The position numbers were made by a program, and so were the translations under genes. From Verrucomicrobiota bacterium (GTDB lineage: Bacteria; Verrucomicrobiota; Verrucomicrobiia; Limisphaerales; CANJSG01), in assembly GCA_038209745.1 (NCBI GenBank), contig JBBQXJ010000004.1:37882-101881 (forward strand): 64,000 nucleotides of DNA, read 5' to 3'. Positions 1-10,479 of the stretch are shown here, in pieces. The notes below the pieces were generated by a model. It saw only the letters and a list, made by a program, of their open reading frames with translations. It was not told where the DNA came from and searched no databases. Numbering within the stretch: position 1 is the first letter of the stretch; every line of letters starts with the position of its first letter.

Positions 1-1437
1 GGCGAGAACGGCAATCCGGGCTTCAACACCCACCAGTATTCCGGCTCCGTGTCGCTCGTGCCGATCCCCTCGAAGAAGGATCTTCCAAAGCTCTCGGAAA
101 CCGTGTGGCGCAATCTGCGCCGCGAAGCCATCGCCCAGTCGGCCCTCAAGCCCCGTGCCGACCAACCGCCGCGCGTCGTGCCCGAGCGGATCGGCGAACC
201 CAGCCGGATCAAGCACGTGGTCTACGTCATCAAAGAGAACCGCACCTACGACCAGGTGCTCGGCGACATGAAGGAAGGCAACGGCGCGCCGGAGCTGTGC
301 ATCTTCGGCGAACACGTCACCCCCAATCAGCACAAGTTCTGCCGCGACTTTGTCCTGCTCGACAACACCTACTGCGCCGGGATTCTCAGCGCCGACGGCC
401 ATCAATGGAGCACCACCGCGTTCGGCACCGACTACATGGAGAAGAGCTTCGCCGGATTCCCGCGCAGCTATCCCGACGGCATGGGCGTGGACGAGGACGA
501 CGCGCTGGCCTACTCGCCGGCCGGCTTCATCTGGGACAACGCGCTCAAGCACGGCGTCTCGATCCGCAACTACGGGGAGTTCATGGCGCCTTCGGTCCAC
601 TGGAAGGACGGCCGGAAAGATACCCCCGACTTCCTGACCTGCTATCGCACGTGGAAGGGCGAGAGCGACGAAGCCGTCTTCTCCAGCTACCCGATGGTCG
701 AGTCTCTCGGGGCCTTTTCCCCGACCAACTACGTGGGCTGGGAGATGAACGTGCCCGACCAGTTCCGGGCGGACTTCATCCTGAAGGAGCTGAAGGAATT
801 CGGGGCCAAGGGCGAGTTCCCGGCCCTGACCATCATCTGCCTGCCGAACGACCACACCAGCGGCACGGGCCGGGGAGCCCCGACGCCGGCCGCATTGGTC
901 GCGGACAACGACCTCGCCTTCGGCCGCATCGTCGAGGCGCTCAGCCACAGCCCGTTTTGGAAGGAGATGGCGATCTTCGGCATCGAGGACGATCCGCAGG
1001 CCGGCTGGGACCACGTCAGCGGCTACCGCACGACCGCCTACGTCATCAGCCCCTACGCCAAGCGCAACCAGGTGGTGAGCACCCAGTACAACACCACCAG
1101 TGTGCTGCGAACGATGGAGCAGATCCTGGGAATGCCGCCAATGAACCAGTTCGACGCCAGCGCCACCCCGATGAGCAACTGCTTCACCGAGACGCCCGAC
1201 TTCGCGCCCTACACCGCGTTGGCGAACAACGTCCCGCTCGACCAGATGAACCCCGATCCCAAAGCCATCAACGATCCGGTGATCCGCCGCGACGCGCTCG
1301 CCTCGGCCCGGATGAACTTCCGTGAAGTGGACCGTGCTCCGGAAGACCAGTTGAACCGCATCCTCTGGCGGGCCATGCGCGGCAGCCAAGTGCCCTATCC
1401 CGAGTGGGCCATTACGGCCGGTGCGGACGACGATTAG
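1..1437 (+). CDS. Phosphoesterase/alkaline-phosphatase-like protein (C-terminal part; 5' truncated by window)
   Basis: Frame open from base 1; motifs IKENRTYDQVLGD, SADGHQW, LPNDHT, EDDPQAGWDHV, PPMNQFDA typical of YncE-propeller/phosphoesterase fusion family. Confidence 0.8.
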   Translation, partial: GENGNPGFNTHQYSGSVSLVPIPSKKDLPKLSETVWRNLRREAIAQSALKPRADQPPRVVPERIGEPSRIKHVVYVIKENRTYDQVLGDMKEGNGAPELCIFGEHVTPNQHKFCRDFVLLDNTYCAGILSADGHQWSTTAFGTDYMEKSFAGFPRSYPDGMGVDEDDALAYSPAGFIWDNALKHGVSIRNYGEFMAPSVHWKDGRKDTPDFLTCYRTWKGESDEAVFSSYPMVESLGAFSPTNYVGWEMNVPDQFRADFILKELKEFGAKGEFPALTIICLPNDHTSGTGRGAPTPAALVADNDLAFGRIVEALSHSPFWKEMAIFGIEDDPQAGWDHVSGYRTTAYVISPYAKRNQVVSTQYNTTSVLRTMEQILGMPPMNQFDASATPMSNCFTETPDFAPYTALANNVPLDQMNPDPKAINDPVIRRDALASARMNFREVDRAPEDQLNRILWRAMRGSQVPYPEWAITAGADDD

Positions 1438-1452
1438 AACCGGACCCGTCGT

Positions 1453-1950
1453 TCAGACGAGTTTCTCCAGATAGACCACGTCGAGCCAGCGGTCGAACTT
1501 GTAGCCGACCTTCTTGAAGTGGCCGACCCTCTCGAAGCCGTGCTGCTCGTGCAGGCGGATGCTGGCGGCGTTCTCGGCATCGATGGCCGCGATGACCGCG
1601 ACGAGGTTCAATTCCCGGGCAGACGCGACGAGTGCGGCCAACACACGTCCTCCGATCCCCTGCCTCTGGGCCGAAGGACGGACATACACGGAATTCTCCA
1701 CCGTGAAGCGGAACCCCTTCCGGTCGTGGAACCGGCTCAGCGAGCCCCAGCCCAGCACCGCTCCGGTATCGTCCACGGCCACGAGCACCGGGAGTCCTGC
1801 GGCCATGTGCTCCTCCAACCATCCGGCTTGGCGATCCATCGACCGGGGTTCGTAGTCGTAGGACGCCGTCGTGTTCAGAACCGCCTCGTTGTAGATCTCG
1901 AGGATCGCCGGCAGGTCATCGCTATGAGCAGGACGGACTAGGAACTTCAT
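1453..1950 (-). CDS. GNAT N-acetyltransferase, phosphinothricin/methionine-sulfoximine acetyltransferase (Pat/YncA) family
   Basis: IYNEAV..TASYD, VENSVYV, QRQGIG acetyl-CoA motif, ENAASIRLHE..GF, GYKFDRWLD. Confidence 0.9.
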   Translation of the reverse strand: MKFLVRPAHSDDLPAILEIYNEAVLNTTASYDYEPRSMDRQAGWLEEHMAAGLPVLVAVDDTGAVLGWGSLSRFHDRKGFRFTVENSVYVRPSAQRQGIGGRVLAALVASARELNLVAVIAAIDAENAASIRLHEQHGFERVGHFKKVGYKFDRWLDVVYLEKLV

Positions 1951-2005
1951 GGTTTGGCGGATGACAAAACGGACCGGGCGGATTGTCGAGCGGAGAGCTT
2001 GTTCG

Positions 2006-2824
2006 TCATTTGTTTTCCCGACTCAGCGTGATTCCGTATCCCCGCCACGTGCTCGCGAATTTCTCGCGGGATTCCCGGACCAGTCCCACGTCTGGATCGG
2101 CGACGAGCACGTCCTCGTCGGACACCTTGAGCACCACGACCCAGTGGTCCGTCAGCAGGCCGAACTTCACCACCACCATCGTCAACCCCGCTGCGGCCAA
2201 TTCGTCCAGATCCTTGAACGGGCGCAAATCCACCTTGAGCCCCACGCCGGAGAACTTTTCGCGGAGCACGTCGGCCAACATGTCCGGTGGTGTGCCGGCC
2301 GCCGGACTGGTGAACGCGAGCTGGGCCAGTTCCCCTTCGTCCGCCCGGATTCCAAGTCGCCGGAGCGCGGTCACCGCGGCGGCGGGGCCGCACGTGTAGT
2401 CGGTGTTCTGCCGACAGACCCCGTCGGCATCGATCCGGGTCCGGAGCGCCAGCAGTTCCCGGTTGCTGAGCGCAGCGGAGAGGCAGGGCCAGACGGAGAA
2501 GGCCAGCAGTCCACAGATCATCATCACGACGACCGCGGATCGATCCCGGGGCCGGGGCAGCTTGGGTAAAACGGTCATGAGCAGCATCGGAATGGCCACG
2601 GCTCCCACGAGGTATCGCTGGCGCCCCATGACCACCCATGAAAAGGCCGAGTGGAAGGCCAACCTCGGAAACCGCGCCGCGACCATGAACGCCAAGACGA
2701 CGATCATCGGCCCCACATACCCCGCAATCCACCAGGGCGCCGGCCTGCGGGAAAGCCACCCGCCCGCCATCGCCCCCAGGGCCGATAAAACCACGACGAT
2801 CAAGGTCTCAAGCCACGGGTTCAT
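2006..2824 (-). CDS. Membrane protein with C-terminal peptidase C39-like domain
   Basis: About 4 hydrophobic segments then RQNTDYTCGPAA (Gln/Cys), DHWVVV (His), ADPDVG (Asp); no ABC domain; ATG 2824 preferred (alternative 2857). Confidence 0.8.
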   Translation of the reverse strand: MNPWLETLIVVVLSALGAMAGGWLSRRPAPWWIAGYVGPMIVVLAFMVAARFPRLAFHSAFSWVVMGRQRYLVGAVAIPMLLMTVLPKLPRPRDRSAVVVMMICGLLAFSVWPCLSAALSNRELLALRTRIDADGVCRQNTDYTCGPAAAVTALRRLGIRADEGELAQLAFTSPAAGTPPDMLADVLREKFSGVGLKVDLRPFKDLDELAAAGLTMVVVKFGLLTDHWVVVLKVSDEDVLVADPDVGLVRESREKFASTWRGYGITLSRENK

Positions 2825-2937
2825 GGAACGAATCCCCCACCCATGATCGGACGCCATGGGCTTCGTCGCGGCCGTCGCTCCTCATGTCGAAGAAGGAGGT
2901 ATTGGCGCCCAATGCGCCCAGGCGTCGGGTCCGTATT

Positions 2938-3093
2938 TCAGGGTCCATGCCCATACATGAAGGGGGCAATGGCGCCGTTTTGGCGGAACAGAAGGAGCAT
3001 CGCCAGCCCCGCCAGGATCAGGACCAGCGGCAAGAGCCACCATTTCTTTTCCTCGCGGAGGAATCGCAGGAATTCTTTGCAGAGCTGCCACAT
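2938..3093 (-). CDS. DUF5989-family small membrane protein
   Basis: EFLRFLREEKKWWLLPLVLIL...GAIAPFMY matches the KKWWLxP...APFxY family pattern. Confidence 0.75.
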   Translation of the reverse strand: MWQLCKEFLRFLREEKKWWLLPLVLILAGLAMLLLFRQNGAIAPFMYGHGP

Positions 3094-3253
3094 GCCGCGG
3101 GCAACAAAAGGGGTTTGACGCCGAAAGGCAATCGACAATCAGTTTCCCCGAAAGTCGTTGTCACCGCGTCCCGCAGGCAACGAAGCCGTGGTCTTTGTCA
3201 TGACCCGGCCAGTTTTCTCTGTCGCGCGAATCGACCCCGGAACAGACTTTCCC

Positions 3254-5530
3254 ATGCCCCGGTCGAACCACGAGAAGCCCGCGCCAGCGGACGGCCCAGC
3301 AGACGTCAAAACGCCTTCGCTCTCCGCCGGTCGTCGCTGGATCTTTCGACTCGCCGCGCTTCTGATCATTCCCGTTCTGTTCATCGCGGTCCCCGAGATC
3401 GGGCTCCGCATCGCCGGCGTGGGCCACCCCACCGGATTCTTCCTGAAGAGAAAGATCGGCGGCCGGCCCGTCTACGTGGAGAACGCGGATTTCGGCCTGC
3501 GCTTCTTTCCACCGGAACTGGCGCGGACCGCTTCGCCGGTCGTGATGCCCGTGGTCAAAACTCCCCGCACCTATCGGATTTTCATCCTGGGCGAATCCGC
3601 GGCGTTGGGGGATCCCGAGCCGGCTTTTGGCTTTGGCCGATATCTCGGCGCATTGCTGGGCGATCGCTATCCGGGAGCCAAGTTCGAGGTGGTTTGCACG
3701 GCTGTGACGGCGATCAACTCCCATGTGATCGTGCCCATCGCGCGGGATTGCGCGCAGCGCGACGGCGATCTGTGGATCGTGTATATGGGCAACAACGAAT
3801 TCGTCGGACCGTTCGGGCCGGCCACGGTGTTCGGAGCCCAAACCCCAAGCCTGGGATTCATCCGGGCCAACGTGGCGTTGAAGAAACTCCGCCTGGTCCA
3901 ATGGTTGGAGGCCGCGCTCGACAAGGAGAACGACGAACCGGGCAAAGCAGCTTCATGGGGAGGAATGAAGATGTTCCTGGACCACCAGGTCGTCCCGGGA
4001 GATCCGCGGCGGGAGACGACCTATCGCTATTTCCAGAGGAACTTGGACGACATCCTCGACCTCGCGGCGGAAGCCGGCGCCAAGGTTGTGCTCAGCACCG
4101 TCGGCAGCAACATCAAGGACTGCGCGCCCTTTGCCTCCACGAACTCCGCCAGCCTGACCGCAACGGCCGCCGCAGACTGGCGACGCGCCTATTCGGACGG
4201 CCTGACCGCGCTGGCCAACGGGAACCACGCGGCGGCGGCGGCGCAGTTCCAGGTCGCGGCCCAACTCGACGACACCTTCGCCGCCCTGCACTACGCCAAC
4301 GCCCGGTGCCAATTGGCGCTGGGGAATCGCGACGAAGCCGCCCGGGAATTCGAACGGGCCCGCGATCTGGACACCCTCCCCTTTCGCGCCGATACCCGGC
4401 TCAACAAGATCATCGGCCAAGTCGGGGCCCGGCGCGCGGGGCCGATGCTGGCATTTGTGGACGGAGCCGCCGCCATCAGCGCGGCCAGCGGGCAGGGAAT
4501 TGCGGGAGGAGAATATCTCTACGAGCACGTCCACCTTAACTTCGAAGGCAACTACCTCCTGGCCCGCTCAATGGTGGACTCCGTGGCCCGGCTGCTGCCC
4601 GCATCGATCACGGACAAAGCGCGCCCCGGCGGGGAATGGGCATCCTTCGACGAGTGCTCGCGCCGGCTTGTCCTGAGCGACTGGGATCGGCGACGGGTCT
4701 ACGACAACATCTCCCATCGCCTGGCGGAGCCGCCCTTCATCAACCAGCTGGACCATACGAATCAGGTCGAAAAGATCCTGGCGGAGCTGGCCGCGGTTCG
4801 GTCGCGCATCGATCCCGCGGCGGCGCGCCGGACCAAAGCGCTTTATGAGGAGGCTCTCAAGGCTGACGCGAGCGACTTCCACATCATGGGTAACGACGCA
4901 AAGTTCTTGGAGGACATCGGCGACCTCGACGGAGCGATCGCCGCGTGGCAACGGGAGAGGGACCTTCTGCCTTTCGAAGCCGCCCCCTACTTCTTCCTCG
5001 GCAAACTCCAAGCACGCAAAAAGCGAACGGACGAAGCCTTGGCCAACCTCTCGGCGGCCCTTAAAATTCGGCCGGACATCGAGGAGGCACTGGAAGAAAA
5101 AGGCCGCCTGCTGATCGAAACAAAGCGCCCTGCGGAGGCGATTCCCCCGCTCCTGGAAGCCCTTCGCCTGCAGCCGAGCAACGCTCGGATCTACCTCCAT
5201 CTGGCGAACGCCCACGCCGCCAAGGGCGACCGCGACAAAGCGTTCACCTACCTCCAGCAAGCCTTGGTGGCGCAACCAAACCTATGGGAGGCGCATTACT
5301 TTCTCGGGGTGGAACTGGCCGCCCAGAATCGGTTCAAAGAGGCACGCCAGCACTTCGCCGACGTGGTCCGGCTTCGGCCCGACTATGCGCTCGGACGTTT
5401 CAACTACGCGGTCACTTTGGCGAAGGAAGGAAAAAGAGAACAGGCGATCATCCAGCTCCAGGAAACGGTGCGGCTCGACCCCGGCAACCGCCAAGCCGCC
5501 CAATACCTCAGAGCGTTGCAGCCGCAATGA
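3254..5530 (+). CDS. Membrane-anchored SGNH-like hydrolase domain protein with multiple TPR repeats
   Basis: N-terminal TM; FILGESAALG (block I), YMGNNE (block III), EHVH (block V); C-terminal TPR array; start uncertain (3158/3200/3254). Confidence 0.75.
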   Translation: MPRSNHEKPAPADGPADVKTPSLSAGRRWIFRLAALLIIPVLFIAVPEIGLRIAGVGHPTGFFLKRKIGGRPVYVENADFGLRFFPPELARTASPVVMPVVKTPRTYRIFILGESAALGDPEPAFGFGRYLGALLGDRYPGAKFEVVCTAVTAINSHVIVPIARDCAQRDGDLWIVYMGNNEFVGPFGPATVFGAQTPSLGFIRANVALKKLRLVQWLEAALDKENDEPGKAASWGGMKMFLDHQVVPGDPRRETTYRYFQRNLDDILDLAAEAGAKVVLSTVGSNIKDCAPFASTNSASLTATAAADWRRAYSDGLTALANGNHAAAAAQFQVAAQLDDTFAALHYANARCQLALGNRDEAAREFERARDLDTLPFRADTRLNKIIGQVGARRAGPMLAFVDGAAAISAASGQGIAGGEYLYEHVHLNFEGNYLLARSMVDSVARLLPASITDKARPGGEWASFDECSRRLVLSDWDRRRVYDNISHRLAEPPFINQLDHTNQVEKILAELAAVRSRIDPAAARRTKALYEEALKADASDFHIMGNDAKFLEDIGDLDGAIAAWQRERDLLPFEAAPYFFLGKLQARKKRTDEALANLSAALKIRPDIEEALEEKGRLLIETKRPAEAIPPLLEALRLQPSNARIYLHLANAHAAKGDRDKAFTYLQQALVAQPNLWEAHYFLGVELAAQNRFKEARQHFADVVRLRPDYALGRFNYAVTLAKEGKREQAIIQLQETVRLDPGNRQAAQYLRALQPQ

Positions 5531-5552
5531 ACGCAACTTTGGAGACCAGAGA

Positions 5553-6686
5553 TCAGTTCCCAGCCGCCATCGCCCGGCGGAGCTGGCGAGAAGCGACCAG
5601 CGGATCCAGTCGGAAAAGGACGTAGTAGGCCAGCCGACCGCGGAGTCGCTGCCACCACGAGCGGGACCGGTTCCACGACTCGAACTCCAGCGACACCGAG
5701 TGCTTCATGTCCTCCACCAAGATCGCCCGGCCTTCTGCGGCGACCCGCGCATCGGCGATGCGCAACATCACCTCGTAGTTGATGTGGAGGCTGCGGGTGT
5801 CAAGGTTCAGCGATCCCACATACACGACGTCGTCCACCACGATCATCTTGGTGTGCATGATCTGGGGCTGGTATTCCGCGATCTGGATCCCGGCCTTCAG
5901 CATCCGCCGGTAGAGGCTCCTGGTCGCCATCTGCATCACCGGCACATCGGACTTCCCCGGCAGGAGCAGCTGGACTTTCCCTCCGCGTTTAACCACCCGT
6001 CGAAGATCCCTTCGGATTCGCGCCGTGGGCAAGTAGTAGGCGGACGCGATTGAGACATCCCGGGCATGGCTCAGATCCGCGTGGAGCATGCTCTTGAACG
6101 GTGTTCGACCAAATCCCGGCGCTGTCAGGAACAGCAGGCCGCTTTGATCGAGACGTTCCGCCCGTCGAAGACTGCGACGAAACTGCGCCAGCCGGGTATG
6201 CCGATAGTCCGCAGCCTCGAACATCTGGTCGACCGACCGCGCCAAAGCCGCAGCGCCGGTCCCGGTGATCTTCATCCCAAGGTCCCGCCAACCTGATTTG
6301 ATCCCGTCGGACGCATACTCCCTGCCCATGTTGAAGCCGCCGATGAACGCCACCCGCTCGTCGCAGACGAAGATCTTCCGGTGATCGCGAAAACTGAACC
6401 TCTTGAGCTCGATCAGATTGAACCACCGCACCTCGCCGCCAACCGCCCGAAGGGGGTTCCAGAATGAGTCTCTCAGTTCCACGCTGCCGAAGGCGTCCAC
6501 CAGCACCCGCACCGTCAATCCCCGTTTCCGCGCCTTCACCATTTCTTCCCGTGCCCTCCGCCCGATCGTGTCGTCCTGGAAGATGTAGGTCTCCAGCCGC
6601 ACCGACGACGTGGCCGCACGGATGGCCTTGAGCATCTGCCCATAAGCCTCGCGTCCAGTCCTGAGCCAGCAAAAGTCCGACGGCAT
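5553..6686 (-). CDS. Cardiolipin synthase ClsB-like phospholipase D family protein
   Basis: Two HKD motifs (HRKIFVCD, HTKMIVVD), GSLNLDTRS; no N-terminal TM. Confidence 0.85.
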   Translation of the reverse strand: MPSDFCWLRTGREAYGQMLKAIRAATSSVRLETYIFQDDTIGRRAREEMVKARKRGLTVRVLVDAFGSVELRDSFWNPLRAVGGEVRWFNLIELKRFSFRDHRKIFVCDERVAFIGGFNMGREYASDGIKSGWRDLGMKITGTGAAALARSVDQMFEAADYRHTRLAQFRRSLRRAERLDQSGLLFLTAPGFGRTPFKSMLHADLSHARDVSIASAYYLPTARIRRDLRRVVKRGGKVQLLLPGKSDVPVMQMATRSLYRRMLKAGIQIAEYQPQIMHTKMIVVDDVVYVGSLNLDTRSLHINYEVMLRIADARVAAEGRAILVEDMKHSVSLEFESWNRSRSWWQRLRGRLAYYVLFRLDPLVASRQLRRAMAAGN

Positions 6687-6925
6687 GGATCGGAGTGTGC
6701 CGAAGCGCGGCCGGCGGGCAAGAACCCGCTGAAACTCGGATCCTTCGGTCCATCACAGAATCCACTCCGAACCGCAGGTCGACGCTCCGGCCCCCGGGGT
6801 CAAGTCGTTCCATCCGGGCACTCTTCGCCCAGAGGTTCGACAGCCGCGATTTCCGGGTGGCTGGCAAGGAATCCGCTGGTTTGATCCCGCGTCGACAAAC
6901 CAGAAACCTCGGGCGATCCTTTTAT

Positions 6926-9079
6926 ATGCTGCCGTTTCGAAAGTTCCTCTCCATCGGCTTGTTCCTGCTGTTCGCGTCTCTCGGACTACAGGCTGCCAAT
7001 ACCACTGCGGAGCTCTTCCTCGACGCGGCCCAGGCACGCCCCGGTGACACGATCATGGCCGCCGTGCGGCTCAGGATGAATCCCGGCTGGCACACCTATT
7101 GGGAAAATTCCGGCGACTCCGGCTACGCCACGAAGATCAAGTGGACCCTGCCCCAAGGTGTAACCAACGGCGCCATCCAGTGGCCCGTTCCTGAGAAGGT
7201 CGTCATCAGCAGCGAAACCACTTTCGGCTACCACGACGAAGCCGTTCTCCTGGTCCCCCTGCGGATTTCCGCCGACGCCCCCGCCGGCCCGGCCAAGCTC
7301 TCCGCCAAGGTCTCGTGGCTCGAATGTGAAAAACTGTGCCTGCCCGGCGGCGCCACCGTGACGGCGGACGTTCTCATCGGTGACAAGATCCTGCCGTCCG
7401 AACACGCCCTTCTCTTTACAACCGCCAAGGATCACCTCCCGAAGCAATCGAGCATCGATGCGCGGGCCTACTGGGCCGACTCCAACCCGACCAACCGTTC
7501 CTTGGTGATCGAATGGAAAACCGCCGCATCCGGAGCCGACTTCTTTCCGGCGTTGAATCCGGATGTCACGGTCTCGGCCAAGAGCGTCGTGGGACAATCG
7601 GGTCCGGACGCCCATCAGATCCGCATGGACGTCACCCGAGACGGAGCCGGCTGGCCCAAAAAGATCGCCGGCGTCCTGACCGAGAACGCCCACAACGCAA
7701 AAGCGGCCGGATACGCGGTCGAACTCCCGATTGGCCCCGCCGCCGGAGCCGGTGCCTCGGCGCCTTCGACGTCGGATTCGGCAACACCGGCCCCCACCGG
7801 ATTTGGCACCCTGCTCCTTCAGTTGAGCTTCGGTTTTCTCGGCGGATTGATCCTCAACGTCATGCCCTGCGTCCTGCCCGTCATCGCCCTGAAGATCCTC
7901 GGCGTCGTCGGACAGAACCGATCGAATCCAGCCATGGTCCGCCGGCACGGAATGGTCTACGCGCTGGGCGTTCTTGCCTCGTTCGCCGTGATGGCGGGCG
8001 TGATCCTCGGGCTCCGTTCCGCCGGCAAAACCTTTCTCTGGGGCACGCAGTTCGGCAGCCCCGTTTTCCTCGTGGTCCTCTGCTCGCTCATGGTCCTGAT
8101 GGCCCTGAGCCTCTTCGGCGTCTTTGAAGTGACCCTCTCCGGCAAGGTGATGGACGTGGCCAGTCGCGCGGGATCGCACGAAGGCCTCGGCGGGGCCTTC
8201 TTCAACGGCATCTTCGCCACCGTCATGGGCGTCTCCTGCACCGCCCCGATCCTCAGTGCCGCCGTCGGCTTCGCCCTCGCTCCGGGACGTCCGGTCTGGA
8301 CGGTCTTCGCCATGTTCCTCTCCGTGGGCGCCGGGTTGGCCGGTCCCTATCTGTTGCTCAGTTTCCAGCCCGGTTGGCTGAAGTTCCTGCCCAAGCCCGG
8401 CGCGTGGATGGAGCGGTTCAAGGTCGCGATGGGCTTCCCCATGTTGGCCACGGCCGTGTGGCTGTTCACGCTGGTTTCGCCGATCTTCCCGGGGAAGGCC
8501 CTGTGGCTCGGGCTCTTCCTCGTGCTCCTGGCCGCCGCCGCGTGGGTCTTCGGTGAATTCGTTCAGCGTGGCCGCAAACGCCAGGGTCTCGCCTGGGTCT
8601 TCGTTCTCCTCCTCCTCGGCACTGGCTACGGACTGGGGCTCGAGCGCGAGCTCAACTGGCGCAACCCGCCGGACGCACTTCCTGCGGGGAGCCTCGCCCA
8701 CTCGAAAGACGGCATCCAGTGGCAGGCGTGGAGTCCCGCCGCCATCACTGAAGCCCAAGCCGCCGGCCGGCCGGTGTTTGTCGATTTCACGGCCGATTGG
8801 TGCGTGAACTGCCAGGTCAACAAGCGCAATGCCATCGAGGTCCCCGCAGTCGAGGCACGATTGAAAGAATTGAACGTCCTGAGTCTCCTCGCCGACTACA
8901 CCCGGACCCCGGAAGAGATGAGCCGGGAGATCCTCAGCCACGGTCGCGCCGGGGTGCCGCTCGTCCTCGTCTATCCTGGCAGGCCCGGGGCCAAACCCGA
9001 GATCCTGCCGGAGCTGTTCACCCAGGGAATGCTCCTCGGAGCGCTGGCACGGGCGACCGCCGACCCGAAGGCGAACTGA
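6926..9079 (+). CDS. dsbD: Thiol:disulfide interchange protein DsbD family
   Basis: Signal peptide; GWHTYWEN and CEKLC N-domain; LNVMPCVLPV and SCTAP membrane cysteines; thioredoxin DFTADWCVNC. Confidence 0.85.
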   Translation: MLPFRKFLSIGLFLLFASLGLQAANTTAELFLDAAQARPGDTIMAAVRLRMNPGWHTYWENSGDSGYATKIKWTLPQGVTNGAIQWPVPEKVVISSETTFGYHDEAVLLVPLRISADAPAGPAKLSAKVSWLECEKLCLPGGATVTADVLIGDKILPSEHALLFTTAKDHLPKQSSIDARAYWADSNPTNRSLVIEWKTAASGADFFPALNPDVTVSAKSVVGQSGPDAHQIRMDVTRDGAGWPKKIAGVLTENAHNAKAAGYAVELPIGPAAGAGASAPSTSDSATPAPTGFGTLLLQLSFGFLGGLILNVMPCVLPVIALKILGVVGQNRSNPAMVRRHGMVYALGVLASFAVMAGVILGLRSAGKTFLWGTQFGSPVFLVVLCSLMVLMALSLFGVFEVTLSGKVMDVASRAGSHEGLGGAFFNGIFATVMGVSCTAPILSAAVGFALAPGRPVWTVFAMFLSVGAGLAGPYLLLSFQPGWLKFLPKPGAWMERFKVAMGFPMLATAVWLFTLVSPIFPGKALWLGLFLVLLAAAAWVFGEFVQRGRKRQGLAWVFVLLLLGTGYGLGLERELNWRNPPDALPAGSLAHSKDGIQWQAWSPAAITEAQAAGRPVFVDFTADWCVNCQVNKRNAIEVPAVEARLKELNVLSLLADYTRTPEEMSREILSHGRAGVPLVLVYPGRPGAKPEILPELFTQGMLLGALARATADPKAN

Positions 9080-9205
9080 CCGCCGCAGCGCCCTTCCCTG
9101 CTTCCGAATTGCGCCGCCAAATCGTCCTCGGACCGAACAGGTCCGGGAGCGACGCGGAAACGTCACTTCCCTGTCCGCCTCGGAACTTCATAGGTTCCAC
9201 CAACC

Positions 9206-10351
9206 ATGAAGCTCCCGCTCCTAAGCCTCGTCGCCGTCTTCGCTTCGTTGACCCCGGCCCTCTTCGCCCACGATCCGGTGACCAAGGCGAGAACGCCGGT
9301 GAACATTCCCGACGTCGCCGGCTACCTGACGCTGAAGTGCGACTTCCACATCCACACCGTCTTCTCCGATGGCCAAGTCTGGCCGACCGTGCGGGCCGAG
9401 GAAGCGTGGCGCGAAGGACTCGATGCCATCGCCATCACCGACCACATCGAATATCAGCCGCACAAGAAGGACATGAACGCCGACTTGAACCGCCCCTACG
9501 AGATCGCGAAAGAGACCGGCGACAACCTCAAGGTCCTCGTCGTCCACGGCTCCGAGATCACCCGCTCCATGCCGCCCGGCCACATGAACGCCATCTTCCT
9601 GACCAACTCCACCCCGCTGGAGCAGAAGGACTGGATGGACGCGCATAAAGCCGCGCAGGCGCAGGGCGCGTTCGTCTTCTGGAACCACCCCGGCTGGGAA
9701 CGCCAGATCACCAACGGCCTCGTGAAATGGTATCCCGAGCACACCCGGTTGCTCGAAGCCGGCATGCTCCACGGCATCGAAGTGGTCAACGGCCGCGACT
9801 ACTACCCCGAGGCCCATCGTTGGGCGGTCGAAAAACATCTCGCGATGTTGAGCAACTCCGACATCCACGCCCCGTTGAACATGGACTACCACGTCCACGA
9901 CAATGACCACCGTCCACTCACACTCGTCTTCGCCAAGGAGCGCTCCATCGACTCGTTGCGAGAAGCCATGTTCGCCCGCCGCACCACCGTCTATTCCGGC
10001 AACCGCCTGATCGGCGACGAACAGTTCCTCCGACCCATCTTCGAGAAGTCCGTCCGTTTCGACCAGGAAGCCATTCGGTTCCTGAAGAAGAAGCGCGTCA
10101 CCGTCCAAGTCTCCAACGACTCGGACATCGACTACGAACTGGAGCTCGTGTCCGCCCCTGAAGGTTTTGTCGCACCAAAAAAAGCGATTCTGGCGGGCCG
10201 CAAGACCGTCCTCATGGCACTCGAAAGCGGCCACCGTCCGCCCGGCGCCGCCAGTCAGAACGCGCTGGTCTATCGGGTGACGAACCTCTTGGTCGGACCG
10301 GACAAGCCAATGGAAGTCACGCTGCCGATCAAGCTGACCTTTGGGAACTGA
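9206..10351 (+). CDS. Secreted PHP-domain phosphoesterase
   Basis: Signal peptide; CDFHIHTVFSDG, AITDH, WNHP, NSDIH motifs. Confidence 0.85.
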   Translation: MKLPLLSLVAVFASLTPALFAHDPVTKARTPVNIPDVAGYLTLKCDFHIHTVFSDGQVWPTVRAEEAWREGLDAIAITDHIEYQPHKKDMNADLNRPYEIAKETGDNLKVLVVHGSEITRSMPPGHMNAIFLTNSTPLEQKDWMDAHKAAQAQGAFVFWNHPGWERQITNGLVKWYPEHTRLLEAGMLHGIEVVNGRDYYPEAHRWAVEKHLAMLSNSDIHAPLNMDYHVHDNDHRPLTLVFAKERSIDSLREAMFARRTTVYSGNRLIGDEQFLRPIFEKSVRFDQEAIRFLKKKRVTVQVSNDSDIDYELELVSAPEGFVAPKKAILAGRKTVLMALESGHRPPGAASQNALVYRVTNLLVGPDKPMEVTLPIKLTFGN

Positions 10352-10479
10352 ACAGGTGCGGGGCCAAGTTGCTGCGCGGCCCATTCCTCCGGAGGAAACG
10401 CCAGGCACGTCCGATTCCGGGCCGACCAAAGCCAACCTTGAGCTTGCCAAGGCCCGCTTGCTCACGATGATTCCGACCC

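Noticed and set aside
6861..6877. CTGGCAAGGAATCCGCT sigma-54-like box before dsbD
   Set aside because: Spacing is correct but the -12 element is poor; too weak to call
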